Shown one piece after another: positions 44,055-58,340 of a stretch of 64,000 nt of DNA (positions are counted from its first letter, which is position 1; every line of letters starts with the position of its first letter). The DNA comes from Flaccisagitta enflata (lineage: Eukaryota), in contig OZ231126.1 of NCBI GenBank assembly GCA_965153355.1, forward strand, positions 25,606,001-25,670,000, written 5' to 3'. The position numbers and the translations under genes are program-made. A model generated the notes under the pieces. It was not told where the DNA came from, did no database searches, and worked only from the letters and a program-made list of their open reading frames with translations.

Positions 44055-44221
44055 GCGTTGGGGTAAACCAAGACGCGTTCCCACAGCCTCAGCAACCACG
44101 ACGCCGCTCATTACGGAAATGGAGACTATCTCTCAATTGACGTCTTTAAACGCGGAGCTTCCACTTCCGGCTTCCTCACCTCCGCCTCATGTGGGGGCCG
44201 CAATGGCGTCTACGTCTCAAG

Positions 44222-44313
<92 letters not shown>

Positions 44314-44554
44314 AAACAAAAACAACAACAAAAACAACAACAACAGCACCAAAAACAGCCACAGGGAAAGCAACAAAAACAAATGAAACGTTCCTCTAAG
44401 ACAAAAAAAAAATCAAATTTTCTTTGTGAAACTTGTTCGAACACTTATGCGAACTCCTTCAATCTGATGCGCCATCAGAAACAAATTCATAACAGTGCTG
44501 ATCAACACGACCCATTGTCGTCCAAAACGCATGAGGATCTTCTTAAAAATCATG
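43034..44554 (+). pseudogene. MULE transposase exon 3 (C-terminal helix, acidic repeats, poly-Q tracts, one C2H2 finger), with in-frame TGA at 43222-43224
   Basis: Acceptor CTTTCTTTCCAG|AG in phase 1 gives PNIFKFASKVQREVEL across the junction. Same frame as ORF 43225-44571; finger FLCETCSNTYANSFNLMRHQKQIH. The 3' end is either the weak donor G|GTTTTT at 44555 or the stop at 44571. Confidence 0.8.
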
Positions 44555-44597
44555 GTTTTTCAATATTATAGTATAGCTCAGTACAGAAAACCTAAAC

Positions 44598-44724
44598 TGT
44601 GTTTGTGTGTGTGTACAGAAAACCTAAACTGTGTTTGTGTGTGTGTATATGTGTGTGTGTGTTTTTGTGTGTGTGAAATGACTGATAAGTGCATATGATT
44701 CATGAGCTCTAGGGTTACATTCCG

Positions 44725-44768
<44 letters not shown>

Positions 44769-44815
44769 GACTTGATAGTGCATACGATTCATGAATTTTA
44801 GGTTACATTCCGAAA

Positions 44816-44892
<77 letters not shown>

Positions 44893-44935
44893 GACTGATA
44901 AGTGCATACGATTCATGACTTATAGGTTTACATTC

Positions 44936-44981
<46 letters not shown>

Positions 44982-45050
44982 TGTGGGTGTGTTTGTGTGG
45001 GTGTGTTTGTGTGGGTGTGTTTGTGTTTGTTTGTGCGTGTCTGTGCTTTG
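44598..45050 (+). repeat. Tandem units of (GT)n + AAATGACTGATAAGTGCATACGATTCATGA
   Basis: Spacer recurs at ~44676, 44765 and 44888 between (GT)n tracts. Confidence 0.8.
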
Positions 45051-45316
45051 GTGTTAATCAGAGCATGTACATTATTTTGTAGATGACTTAATTTTGTGGA
45101 CTAAAGACTAAACATATAGTATTAGTAATCAGTAATGTGATTCCGTCCAGACTCGAGATTGGCCCTATGGCCTAGGGAATATATATTGGAAACAAACCAA
45201 ACCTCGGAACAAATATTTCAAATACAGATTAATCAAAAGGTTCTTGACTATGATCAGTTACACATTTCAAAAACACATTTCCATGTATTCCAACAAAAAT
45301 ATCAATATCTTGAATA

Positions 45317-45730
45317 CAGACGAAAGTGAATTACAAGAAGTTAACCCCCAAAAACTGTAGCACCCCCCCTGACAGCGTCAACTATTAAATGATTAATGGT
45401 ATATCAAATAAGGAATGGCAGCTTATATAGATCCAATTAGCCTCATCTCAGTGATTTTGGAATTTCATTCCCAGTCAAGAGTTATAGCTAAAAAACTAGC
45501 TTATAATAATATCTTTTAAACTCTTGCTAGAATTGCAATTTGTTGTTTGTTTTTTTCTAGTAATAACTTTAGATAGGGAATGAAATTCCAAATTTGCTCT
45601 GAGGCAAATTGTAGTGATATAAGCTTCCATTCAATATATACTTTTTTTTTCATTCAGCGATTGAGGCTGTAGGGGGGGGGGGGCGCTACAGTTTTTGGGG
45701 AGTTAACTTCTTGTATTTCACTTTTGTCTG
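45317..45730. mobile_element. TA-targeting MITE in putative intron 3
   Basis: TA-CAGACGAAAGTGAATTACAAGAAGTTAAC ... GTTAACTTCTTGTATTTCACTTTTGTCTG-TA. Confidence 0.85.
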
Positions 45731-46744
45731 TAGATGATGAACAAGCGTATTGCCCAAAATTGAAAGATAGTTCTGATGCACCCTGATTATGTCCTGTATC
45801 ACGGCCGGATACAAGGCTACCAAAGTCGGGTGCGGGTGGGCAGGGGCCATATTTGAGGTCACTTGACCATTTGGGCAGGAGCAGTGAGGTCCAAAAATTA
45901 AAATCATTAAAAAAGTAAAGTGTGACCAACCGACCGACCAATGGACAAAGCGGGGTACTAGTCCAGTCTTTTGATGCATGAAATTGAGAACTCGGCTTTT
46001 CCGAAAGAGTTTGAAAATTTGCACGTCATATTTAAAGTTATAGATCATAACAGGTGCAGGTCGTATTTGAGCACCTGTCCTAAAAATTCATCTAAAATTT
46101 TCAAAACCATGCCACCGCCAAACCGTCTGCCTCAGGGCAATAAAATTTTATGAGCAAAAAAAAATGTGTTTTATATATGTGCATAGCAAATTTCAGCTCT
46201 GTTGCTTTATTACAAGCAGAGATATAGCCAATGTACTTTTAGGTGTATTGTTCTCAAAAATTCCCGTTTAAAAAAAAAATGCAGTTTTATATACAAAAGT
46301 AAATCGGCTATATCTCTGCTTCTAATCAAGCTAGAGAGCTGAAATTTGTTGTGCATATGTACAAAATACATATTCTTTAGCTCATAAAATTTCATTGCCC
46401 TCCCTCAAGCGGTTTGGCGATGGCATGATTTTAAAAATTTTAAACGATTTTTAAAGATAGGTGCTCAAATATTTTTGACCTGCACCTATCATTATCATGA
46501 TCTATATGACTTTAAATACTTGTATGCAAATTTTCAAGCTTTGTTCCAGAAAAGCCGAGTCCTTTCTCCAACAACCTGGACTATACAGAGTCGCGTGCAC
46601 GCAACTAAAAATATTGCATGTTTGTCGTTTTTTATACGGGCCATCATAGATAAATGTGCTCCCTACTATGGGCCCAAAAAGTCATATTCCTACATAGCAT
46701 ACTTCGTAAAAGTTGTAGCAAATTTAGTTTTTAATGATGTTTAT

Positions 46745-47040
46745 TAGGGTGGTCCCGAATTGGGTCAAATTTCATATATTGATATACTTGAGCCCTTTAC
46801 ACAAATATCCAATAAAAGAAGGATTTCTCACAAGCTGGGGTGTGAAATCAAACAAGAAACCTTGTCGGCAAAACTACAGGGTTGCTATGGGGATTTTTTT
46901 ATTGCCATAGGAAGCCTATAGTTTTGCCGCCACGGTTTAATCTTCAAGTACAGACCTCTACTTATGGGAAAACCTTCTTTTTTGGTACCTTTAGGCAAAA
47001 AACTAGAGTATATCATTTTTTGAAATTTGACCCTATTTCG
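46745..47040. mobile_element. Copy-2-specific MITE with right end deleted
   Basis: TAGGGTGGTCCCGAATTGGGTCAAATTTCA ... TGAAATTTGACCCTATTTCG; replaces the 30 bp seen at 12725-12754 in copy 1. Confidence 0.75.
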
Positions 47041-47221
47041 TAGCGGGAATAAATGGAAATGTTATCCACGGCAACAGAACATGATGGGAAATAAAACACT
47101 TTATGTATCATTTGTATTCCTAACATGCTTCCCCAACTAATTGAAGTCCAGACAGAATCTACTATTTATATAGCACTTACTGGTTTGGGTTTCTGTACTG
47201 AATTAAACTGCTGTACAATAG

Positions 47222-47688
47222 CCTCCGAAAGATGGGAAAATGGTCTTAGCAACGTTTCAAGCTGCTGCAAATGCGTGGACAATATCAAAGATATTTGTCT
47301 CAAGTGCTTACAGATGCTCATCGACCAACATCTGCCCATATGCGATCGTATCCAAGCTGGGGACGTCCACAGTCGCCGACATGATGACTTCCACAATGGT
47401 ATCCAAACTCGGAATGGCCTCAACCGACAGTGCTACTCAGTTCGTGTCTTTTCTGATGAGCAGCATGATTTGGCCCTGGAAACGCTCAAGAGACGTTTTT
47501 GTCCAAATCGAAGTGTCAAGAAATTAAGATACATTTTAAGCGTCTTGATCGAGGAAGTCTTGATTCGGATTTTTGCGGAGTTCCTGTCAATTGATTTCAT
47601 AGAGGCAGAGAAGAAAATGCGGCCTCCTCCGGTTGACCACGAGGAATTAAGAAAGGCAGCTGAGAAACTTCAACAAATGTCTCCGTAA
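47222..47688 (+). CDS. Putative terminal exon 4, PWWP3A/MUM1-C-like (copy 2)
   Basis: Near-identical to 12936-13402 (2 differences seen). Its phase-1 acceptor is compatible with the donor at 44555. Confidence 0.6.
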
Positions 47689-49421
47689 ATCGAATTTGGA
47701 AATCATTGTCAATAAGTGCATCAAAGAGGGCATCATGCGGATTGGCATGAAATGCTTGGAAACGATCATACTTTGGAAAAAAAAATACTGCCTGTTTTTA
47801 CTTGAATTATGCTACCAGCAGATTCCAGTTCACAATTCTCTTTGTTGCTTTGTTGCTATTTATTACATGCTGCGTGTTATGATGAACATCTTTGCAATGA
47901 TCCTACACAGGATTTTCATATTTCTGACTCAAAATCTTTATCTTTTTAATTCATCACGTATAAGCATTCTCGCTGATTGATATGCTTTTGAAAAAAGAAG
48001 TTTTACTGGTATCAATGATCAATGTAATATTGTTAAAGCTGTTTACAGTTGTTTGCTTTTAGTTAGAAATCACATTCTTGGCTGCTTCACACTGGCATCC
48101 TTTCCCTCGGTTAACGACTTTGCTGGTGAATGAACAATAACTTTGGCCACTTACTCTGTTGATTAACCAGCTCCTGTATAATCTAAAGTGTTTTGCTTTT
48201 TTTTAATCGGATTAAGCTCTTCCTACATTTCATTACTGATCCCCTTTTGTTCTAAAATTGGTTTTCGCGTGCTTTTTCATCACCATTGTTAGAAAAAAAA
48301 AACATTGTCATACGTCATTAATTTCTATCATGCCTATATACAATGCTTCTCTTGATATACATCTTGGTCGTGTAAAAACATTGGGTGGTTTTATTGAACA
48401 CGGCGTCCAGGAACAAATCCTAGGTCTAAAAAAATGGTCAAGACTCTTGACCTGGGGAAATGTCTTTTTTGATGCATTAGCTACAAATTAATGGTAAAAA
48501 ATGAAAAAATCTGCTTATAGATATAGAATTGATGGTCAAATAATAGCCAAAAGAGGCATTTTTAAGCATATTTTAGATTAAAAATTGTATTCATGGCTTC
48601 TAAAATTATGTAAAAATGTATGAAAAGTTTGGCTGAAGTTGTTGCACTGATGCTTTTACCTACTTTAGTTTGTCTAAAATGATTTTCAATAATCAAAACA
48701 AAAAAATACAAAAAACTGCTATAAAATGACTATTTTTAGTTATTTTTTGCTATTTCTAAGCTCTAATCTTTCAAATATTTTTTAAAACTAGCTGGATTAT
48801 ATTCCAGCATGTGTATCTCAAAAACATTTTTACACTTTTCATAGTCTTCAAAAATTTTAAAGAAGTGATTATGAAAATAGGCTGAAAAAAATCAATTTGA
48901 TAGTTTGAAATAGTTTTTTTAATTGTTATCTATAAAATAACCCTCTAAACTTACTCAATAGGTAAAAGCATTATTACAGCAACTATTACCACACTTTTCA
49001 GATACTTTTTAAACCGCTTGAAGCTATAATCTTAATTTCTGATATAAAAGATATTTAAAATTGCTTTATTTTGGCTATCTTTAAGCTTTGAATTTGATAT
49101 TTCCAAACCAATTTTTTTATTTTTGCCATAGATAGATAGCTAATTCATCAAAAAAAAACTTTTTCTCAGGTCAGGAGTCTTGACCATTTTTTCGACCAAT
49201 GGTTTGTTCCTGGACGCCGTGTGAAGCATTGAAATAACAATCGTTTGAATGGATTTGGCTAGCTTTACAGTGAGATGCTTTTAAGCAGATACCTATAGAC
49301 AAAGTGGGATTTGGTGCTTTTGGGGGTGGGGGGTTACGAAGGAGGAGAAGGAGAAGGAGAAGATTCCCCATATGTGTGAAAGCATAGGTCAGCGACCTCT
49401 GCGGGGCCACTGCCCAAAAAA

Positions 49422-49506
<85 letters not shown>

Positions 49507-50702
49507 CTGGATGCAGAAATATGTTTTCAGTCGCTGGCTAAGCGACTCTTTAAGAGGCTGTGTCCGTAGGTATGTAGGTATGTTGGTAACGCGAAATTTT
49601 GGCTGACGCGAAATCGACTGAAATAGTGATATCTGAGCATTACGGCCCCTTTCCCGCCACATAACAGCCCCCAACGACTACTTATTGGCCGTGTATCCGG
49701 CCTCATTTTTTTTCACTTTTGGCCGAATAGAAAATGGTACATGGCAAATGGCACATGGATGTCTACAAGCACATACCTTTTGTTACTTGGTAAAAGCAGA
49801 ACCCAATTCTCACTGCGTTAGGCAGAGCCAGAAAGAAAAAAAGAAAGGCCGAGTGTAGGCCAATACATGCGTCTTGCTTTCAAAGAACAGATGAACGAAT
49901 CAGTGAAGGAATTAGGGTATAAAAAAAGGTACAACAGCTTGTTTTGCGTTTTTAGGTGCGCCATAGCACCACTATAAGAGGCTCTATGTGCTGGTTGGTT
50001 GGTCGGTCAGTCGGTCACGCTCGAGTTCAAAATCTCTAAAAGAAGAAAAAATCACTGGAAATGATTGGGAAATATGCCAGGATGATTTTAAGATGCGCCA
50101 TAGCACCTCTATAAGAGGCTCTGTCCGTCTTTCCATCCATCGGTCACGCTTGATGGAAAAATTGCTAAAAAAGTTTAAAATAAATTGAAAACTCATTTTG
50201 TTCATCACTGATCACTGACGATACTCATCATTCTGTTCACTAAAATAATCAGCTACGGTTAGGTCGGATAGAGCTGAGGATAGGTCGGATAGGTCTGGTG
50301 ATAGGTCGGATAGGTCTGGGGATAGGTCTGATAGAGCTGGGGGTAGGTCTGTTAGAGGTGGTGATAGGTCTGAAAGAGCTCGGGATAGGTCTGATAGAGC
50401 TCAATATAGGTCTGATAGAGCTTGGTAAAGGCCTGATAGAGCTCAGGATAGGTGTGACAGAGCTAGGAATAGGTCTGATAGAGCTAGTGATAGGTCTGAT
50501 GGAGCTAGGGATAGGTCTAAGAATTAATGACAACCAGCACACCGTCTTGGCCCGTGTATCCGGCCTTGTCTGTTTCAAAAGCCTGGCCGACAGACTAACA
50601 GACAAACAGAGCAACTGGCATGACCTCTTGAAGACATGCGTAGACGCGTATAAAAACGCTCTGAATGCTTTAGTGCATGGACGTAAAGGAGAACAAGATG
50701 TT

Positions 50703-50870
<168 letters not shown>

Positions 50871-51242
50871 CAGAGAGAGACAGAGAGAGAGAGAGAGAAG
50901 AAAGAAAGGAAGAAAGAAAATCAAAATGAGAATGCAAGCAAGGCAAAAAGTTATTTTTCCTCCCTTTTTTCTCCCTTATTACTTTTTTTCACAATCCACT
51001 TGAGGCCGATAGCCAATGAGGAACCTTTTTTTCCATTCCACTTCAGGCCGAATCATGAAATGAGGGCAGTGAGCTTCCAATCCACTCAAGGCCGATTCGG
51101 CCTTGAGTGTTTGAGCTACTAACTCTAGTACGAAATTCGGACTTTAGATACCTCCTCGGAAAATAGACTTGCAAACAGACAAACAGACAAAAATCCATTA
51201 AACAAAGTATATTGCTTTGTGGCAGAATTTTTACTGCGTTAG

Positions 51243-51292
<50 letters not shown>

Positions 51293-52643
51293 CGAGAGCG
51301 AGAGCGAGAGAGATAATAGATATACTCTCTTTCTTCTCTCTCTCTCTCTCTCCTTCTCTTCTTCAATCTCATTTTCGCTTTCTTTGTATCCGCCGTTGTA
51401 TATATACCGCAATTTTTTCGGGACATTTTTTTTTTTATTTTTGAAAATATTCCATCACTTTCAGGCTTGGCGGTGACAATGGCGGCGGCGGAGGCAGAGG
51501 CGGTGGCGGAGGCAACGGAGGCGGTGACAATGGCGGCGGCGGTGGAGGCAACGGAGGAGGTGACAATGGCGGCGGAGGTAATGGCGATGCAGTTGGCGGC
51601 GGCAGAAGCAAGGGAGGCGGTGACAATATCGGCGGCGGAGGCGGCAGAGGCGGTGGCGGAGGCAACGGAGGCGGTGACAATGGCGGCGGCGGCGGAGGCA
51701 ACGGAGGAGGTGACAATGGCGGCGGAGGTAATGGCGATGCAGTTGGCGGCGGCAGAAGCAAGGGAGGCGGTGACAATATCGGCGGCAGAGGCGGCGGTAG
51801 AGGCGGCGGCAGAGGCAGTGACAATGGCGGCGGTGGCGATGGCGATGGAAGCGGTGGAGGCGCTGGAAGCGGCGGCGGAGATTGCGGTGGCGGCGGCAGA
51901 GGCGGTGTTTGGGGCTGGTAAAGGCGCTTGCAACGGTGGTATCGCGATCATGTTTAGATCTGGTTCACGGTTGTGTCAAAGGTAAGAAGGCTACATGATG
52001 ATTGATAAAGGCATTCGGGTAGATGATCCGGCGATGATATTTTCACTTAGAGTATGCGCAGAAGTGACAGAAGCTACAATGGTTTGGCCACGGCATGTTG
52101 GAAAAGCAACGATTGGGTAGCAGGCTACTAATACTATACTAGCAATATCTTTCGATGCGGCAAGCTTGGATGTGGTGGACGCGGTAACGGCTCGGAAGTA
52201 GAGTGTTTGGATGCGGTGGATGCGGCAACAGTTTGGCTGCAGGGTGTTTGGATGGAGCAGTGGTTCAATGGATGCGTCGCCTGTTCAGCAATATATCCAC
52301 CGTGGCGTGTTTGGATGTGGCTTCGGCGGATTGGTTTAAAAGGCGGTTTTAGCGTCTTTTGTGCCAAAAGTATCGAGAAAACGGATCGGAAGAAAAGAAT
52401 AGAAAAGAAAAGAAAAGAGAATTCATCCTCCGAAGAAGAATGAAGACGAAAAACGGATAGACCTCCAGACTTCAAAAACCACGCTTTTTAAAGCTTTTTT
52501 TTTTCTTCTTTTTTTACCTCTCTTTTCTGTTTATTTCATTTTTCACTGTTTTCATATTATTTTTTTTTCGTTATTTTTCCTAACTTTTTTTTCTTTTTTC
52601 TGTGTCTTTTTTCTTCTTTCTCCATCAAATGACAAAAATCGAC

Positions 52644-53484
52644 AAACTTGATGGCACACTTGATGGCAAACTTGATGGCAAAATTGAGGGCACCTTGAAG
52701 GCAAACTTGATGGCAAACTTGATGGCAAACTTGATGGCAAAATTGAGAGCAAACTTGGTGGCAAACTTGTTGGCAAAATTGATGGCAAACTTGATGGCAA
52801 ATTTGATGGCAAACTTGATGGCAAATTTAATGGCAAACTTGATGGCAAAATTGATGGCAAACTTGATGGCAAACTTTGATGGCAAACTTGATGGCAAACT
52901 TAATGGCAAACTTGATGGCAAAATTGATGGTAAACTTGATGGCAAACTTGATGGCAAACTTGATGGCAAACTTCATGGCAAACTTGATGGCAAACTTGAT
53001 GGCAAACTTGATGGCAAACTTCATGGCAAACTTGATGGCAAACTTGATGGCAAAATTGATGGCAAACTTGATGGCAAACTTGATGGCAAACTTGATGGCA
53101 AACTTGATGGCAAACTTGATGGCAAACTTGATGGCAAACTTGATGGCAAACTTGATGGCAAACTTGATGGCAAACTTCATGGCAAACTTGATGGCAAACT
53201 TGATGGCAAACTTGATGGCAAACTTCATGGCAAACTTGATGGCAAACTTGATGGCAAACTTGATGGCAAACTTCATGGCAAACTTGATGGCAAACTTGAT
53301 GGCAAACTTTGATGGCAAACTTGATGGCAAACTTGATGGCAAACTTGATGGCAAACTTGATGGCAAACTTGATGGCAAACTTGATGGCAAACTTGATGGT
53401 AAACTTGATGGCAAACTTTATGGCAAACTTTATGGCAAACTTTGATGGCAAACTTGATGGCAAACTTGATGGCAAAATTGATGG
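52644..53484 (+). repeat. 12-bp minisatellite (AAACTTGATGGC)n, about 70 units
   Basis: Seen directly. Confidence 0.95.
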
Positions 53485-55014
53485 CTCAATTCAAGTCTGT
53501 CGTCAAAATATTGACGTCGTTTTGAGTTGATGACGTGACGCATTTTAGAAATGGAATTTTAGAAATGGCATTATGAAATTGCTCATTTTACATGGCATTT
53601 TAGAAATAGCCTTTTCGAAATGGTATTTTAGAAATGCCTCTTCTAAAATGCCATTTCTAAAATTGCATTCTAAAAAATGCCACTTCTAAAATGCCATTTT
53701 GAAAAATGCCATTTCTTGAATGACATTTTTGAAATGCCATTTCTGAAAGGTCAATTTTAAATTTCAGAAATGGTATTTTGATGGGCATTTTTGAATATGC
53801 CATTTGAAAAATAGCATCTTAAAAATGGCATTTTAGAGATGCAGTTGGTTTGAACCAGATCATGCGCGATCGTGAACAAAAAATCTTGATGGAATTGTAA
53901 CTTGATGGAATGGTAACTTGATGTAATGGCGTTACTACCGTCGTTTGTGTAATTTTGTTACTGAGGAAAACTCTGCTACAAGTGAAAATTTCTTTATTTC
54001 ATATTTTCTTTTCATTCCTTTCTTTTTTTCTCCTTTTTTTTTTTCTTTATTTTTATTGGTTTTCTTTTCGTCTCGGAGGAAATTCCGTTTGTTTGTGTTT
54101 CCTCGTTGATGAGTTCAAAAATTTCCGCGGATGAATATTTTTGAGAAGATTTTTCCTGCAAAGTAAAAAGAATGAGAAAAATGAAAGAAAAAATAATTTG
54201 GTGGAAGTAGTAAAGATCATTGGAATGCAATTTTGGGTCCATGGGAAATGAAAAAAAAACCATTAAGGTCATTTCTTTTTTCGTTTTTCCTCTAATTCTT
54301 TTTACCCCTTTTCTCGAAATTCCTTGATTTGGAAGGCCGGATACACGGCTACCCCAGTCGCGTGCGGGTAGGCAGGGGCAGTGAAATAGGGCATTCGGGC
54401 AGGAGCGGTACGCTAAAAAAGCCCAAAAACGCAGAAAAAGTAAAAAAAAGGGGACCAACCGGCCGACCAACGGACGGACAAAGTGGGGTGTATAGTCGCG
54501 TAGCACGCAACTAAAAAAGCTTATGCCTTGCGCTGTATATATATCTCATCAACAATCCAATGTGAAGATTTTTAAAAATAAAAGATTGCGGCACAAAAAA
54601 AAAAAAAAAAAAATTAGGGATGAACTCTTGTATATATAAAATATGAGATGTTCTTAGCTTTGACAATTCCCGCCACTTAAGAAGGAGATCTGGTGTTGCC
54701 GCATTCTGTTGCAATTTGCTCCAAAATGTGCCGCTGCTTCTGACTGCATCTTTATCGATAGGGCTGTCGGGCAATTTTCCTAAGAGTTTGCTCCTCTAGA
54801 TAGATCTAGTCCCTAAATTCATCAGCTTTGTCGCCGTAAGATCATTCCCCGAAGTCATGCTAAGGTGTCGCACACTGATCAGACAATTGGCCCCCTCGGC
54901 AACTAATGTGTGGTTGTTGTGCCAAAGCTAGCTTTTTTGTCCGCTTTCCATAGTGGCATGGGATGCAGATTTTGGTTCCCAGTGCTTTTCAAAACAATCT
55001 TGCGACGACAAATA

Positions 55015-55174
55015 ACGAGCGATGAACGATGAACGATGAACAATCAATGATGAACGATGAATGATGAATGATGAACGATGAATGATGAACGATGAATGAT
55101 GAACGATGAATGATGAACGATGAACGATGAACGATTAACGATGAATCATGAACAATGAATGATGAATGCTGAAC

Positions 55175-55208
<34 letters not shown>

Positions 55209-55255
55209 CAATGAATGATGAACGATGAACGATGAACAATTAATGATGTACGATG

Positions 55256-55286
<31 letters not shown>

Positions 55287-55293
55287 GCTGAAC

Positions 55294-55342
<49 letters not shown>

Positions 55343-55567
55343 GATGAACGATGAATGATGAACGATGAATGATGAACGATGAACGATGAACAATAAATGA
55401 TGAACGATGAATGAAGAACGATGAATGATTAACGATGAATGATGAATGATGAACGATGAATGATGAACGATGAACGATGAACGATGAATGATGAACGGTG
55501 AATGATGAACGATGAACGATGAATGATGAATGATGAACGATAAAAGATGAACGATGAATGATGAACG

Positions 55568-55600
<33 letters not shown>

Positions 55601-55602
55601 CG
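55015..55602 (+). repeat. Compound (ATGAATG/ATGAACG)n 7-bp repeat
   Basis: Seen directly. Confidence 0.9.
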
Positions 55603-56323
55603 ACGAACAACAAACCACAAACAACGAAAAACGAACAACGAACAATTGATGACAAACGCCAAATGCCAGGCGACCAACAACCAACGAAGAACAACGACGA
55701 AAAGCCAAAAAGCTGAAATCGACTGAAATCGACTGAAATCGACTTGGCCAACTTGCGCTTGCAGAATACAAAAGAAGTCACAAGCACAAGAGAAAAAGCA
55801 GGGAACAAGACAGCGTCTTTTTCATCTTTTTTTTTCTTTTTAGTTGCGGACACGCAACTCTATAAGAGGCTTTGTCCGTCCGTCCGTCTGTCCGTCGGTC
55901 GGTCCGTCTGTCCGTCGGTCGGTCCGTCGGTCCATCGGTGAGCACGAGTCGAAAAGTGTGAAAACGCGCATTTCCGCTCCTGCCCACCCGTCCGCAACTG
56001 GTGGCCGTGTATCCGGCCTTGTTTTTTTTTTTTACGTGAAGACATTTATTTTTTAAAGTTGCCGCGATTAAAACAAACAAAAGGAGGAAGAATCCTGAGT
56101 AAGGGACGGCTAAGCCTAAGGCGTGGAGATTGGAGAAACATGCAAACCCTTGCAAACGCGGGCTAGCAAAGACGCAATCGTTGGAATATTACGACAATGA
56201 CATATGCGTAGATTCATACATACATGACGACATGAAGGGGTCCAGAAGGGGACGTACATGACGTGGGTAAGCAGGTACAAGGACACAAAAACACAGACAC
56301 ACAAACAGACACACAGACACACA

Positions 56324-56410
<87 letters not shown>

Positions 56411-56573
56411 ACGTAAATTCACTTTCTTTACGTTAGAGAGCTTTTGGCGAAATTCGTAATAATTTGTAGGCAGTGAGAATGGATCAGGAATGATTCTTTT
56501 GAACAATTTTGTTCCTTCATTTTCCATTTGCAGAACGCAACAGTTTTGAAAACTTCTTATCGAGTCGGTTGTA

Positions 56574-56677
<104 letters not shown>

Positions 56678-56696
56678 GTAGGGGCTGTGGTTGTGG

Positions 56697-56750
<54 letters not shown>

Positions 56751-56850
56751 TTGTTGTTGCTATTGTTGTTGTAGTGTCGTTGTAGAAGTGTTGCTGTTGT
56801 GATTGTTGTTGTTTTTGTCGTAGTGTTGTTATAGAAGTGATGTTGTTGTG

Positions 56851-56958
<108 letters not shown>

Positions 56959-57124
56959 CTTGTTCTTGTTGTTGTTGTTGTTGTTGTGGTTGTTGTTGTT
57001 GTTGTTGTTGTTGTTGTTCTTAGTTGCGTGAACGCGACTCTAGAAGCCGCTATGACGGTCTTTTGGTCTGATTGTCCGTCACGTAATATTTTTTTGAAAT
57101 ATAGCTTTAGTCTTCATTTTAAAG

Positions 57125-57550
57125 GTGTTTTATGGTACTTTAGGATACATAAGGGTACTTTAGGGCACTTAAGATTACTTTATGGTACTTAAGGTACTTA
57201 AGGGTATTTTAGGGTACATTAGATACTTATGGGTACTTTGGGGTACATTAGGTACTTAAGAGTACTTTAGGCTACTTTAGGTACTTCAGGGTACTTTGGA
57301 GCACTCTAGGTACCACAGGTACTTTAGAGTACTTTAGGGTACTTTAGGCTACTTTAGGTACTTCAGGGTACTTTAGGCACATAGGGGTACCTTGAGTATC
57401 TTTGGGTACTTAAGGGTGCTGTAGGGTGCTTTAGGGTACAGTTGGTGTTTAACTTTTTAAGGGTACTTAAGGGTACTTTACCTTAATTACCTTTGTTAAC
57501 TTTATTACCTCAATTACCTTAATTACCTTTACTACCTTAATTACCTTTAT
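57125..57550 (+). repeat. Degenerate ~10-bp (AGGGTACTTT)n followed by 9-bp (TTACCTTAA)n, inside HINE-like ends
   Basis: Seen directly; flanked by TAGTTGCGTGAACGCGACT and CACGCGACTAA. Confidence 0.75.
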
Positions 57551-58146
57551 TAGCACGCGACTAAGGTTTGTTGACCTTGTTGTTATTGTTTTTGTTATTG
57601 TTGTTATTGTTGTTGTTTTTGTTGTTTTTGTTGTGGTTCGTTTTTTTTTCCTTCGTGCTGGCGATACAACGAATAACCATGTCTGTCGGTCTGATGGTCG
57701 GAAATTCCTTCCGTCTGTCCGTCCATAGTCCATATTCCGAAGCCTTTACAGTATCACAACTTACGAAGCTTATCAGGCCTACGACCTAAATGAGGATTGA
57801 GAAATTGTGTGCAAAAGGAGACTTCCTCTCCTCGAATTTATGAAGTGAAGGAATTGAAATGGTAGAAAAATGAAGAAGAAAATGAAGAAATTGAAGACTT
57901 TTTAGGCAAAACGACCGAAAACGGAGAGAATTTTTCGTCGCCTTCTTCTCTTGGTACATGTCTAACTCTCTGTCTCTGTCTCTGTCTCTATCTCTATCTC
58001 TGTCTCTGTCTCTTCTCAGTCAGTTTGTCTGTCTCAATGTTTCTCTATCTGCTTCTGCCATTGGCTGTTGCTGTCTCCTCCTCTGGTTCACTATCTGTCT
58101 AGGTTCTCTGTCTGTCTGGTTCTCTGTCTGTCTTTCTGTCTGCCTG

Positions 58147-58238
<92 letters not shown>

Positions 58239-58246
58239 GCTCCTCC

Positions 58247-58309
58247 TTCTTTTCTTCTTCTTCTTCTTCTCCTTCTTCTTCTTCTTCTTCTTCTTCTTCA
58301 TCTTCTTCT

Positions 58310-58340
<31 letters not shown>

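Noticed and set aside
51470-51951. Type I antifreeze-like Ala/Thr protein on the minus strand
   Set aside because: Thr spacing is irregular, and the composition follows automatically from the antisense of GGN repeats.
52552-53530. LDGK/MANL/FAIK repeat ORFs
   Set aside because: A 12-bp minisatellite with 1-bp insertions that shift frame; no evidence of coding.
54752-54759. DRE motif TATCGATA
   Set aside because: A single 8-mer with no associated gene; expected by chance in 64 kb.
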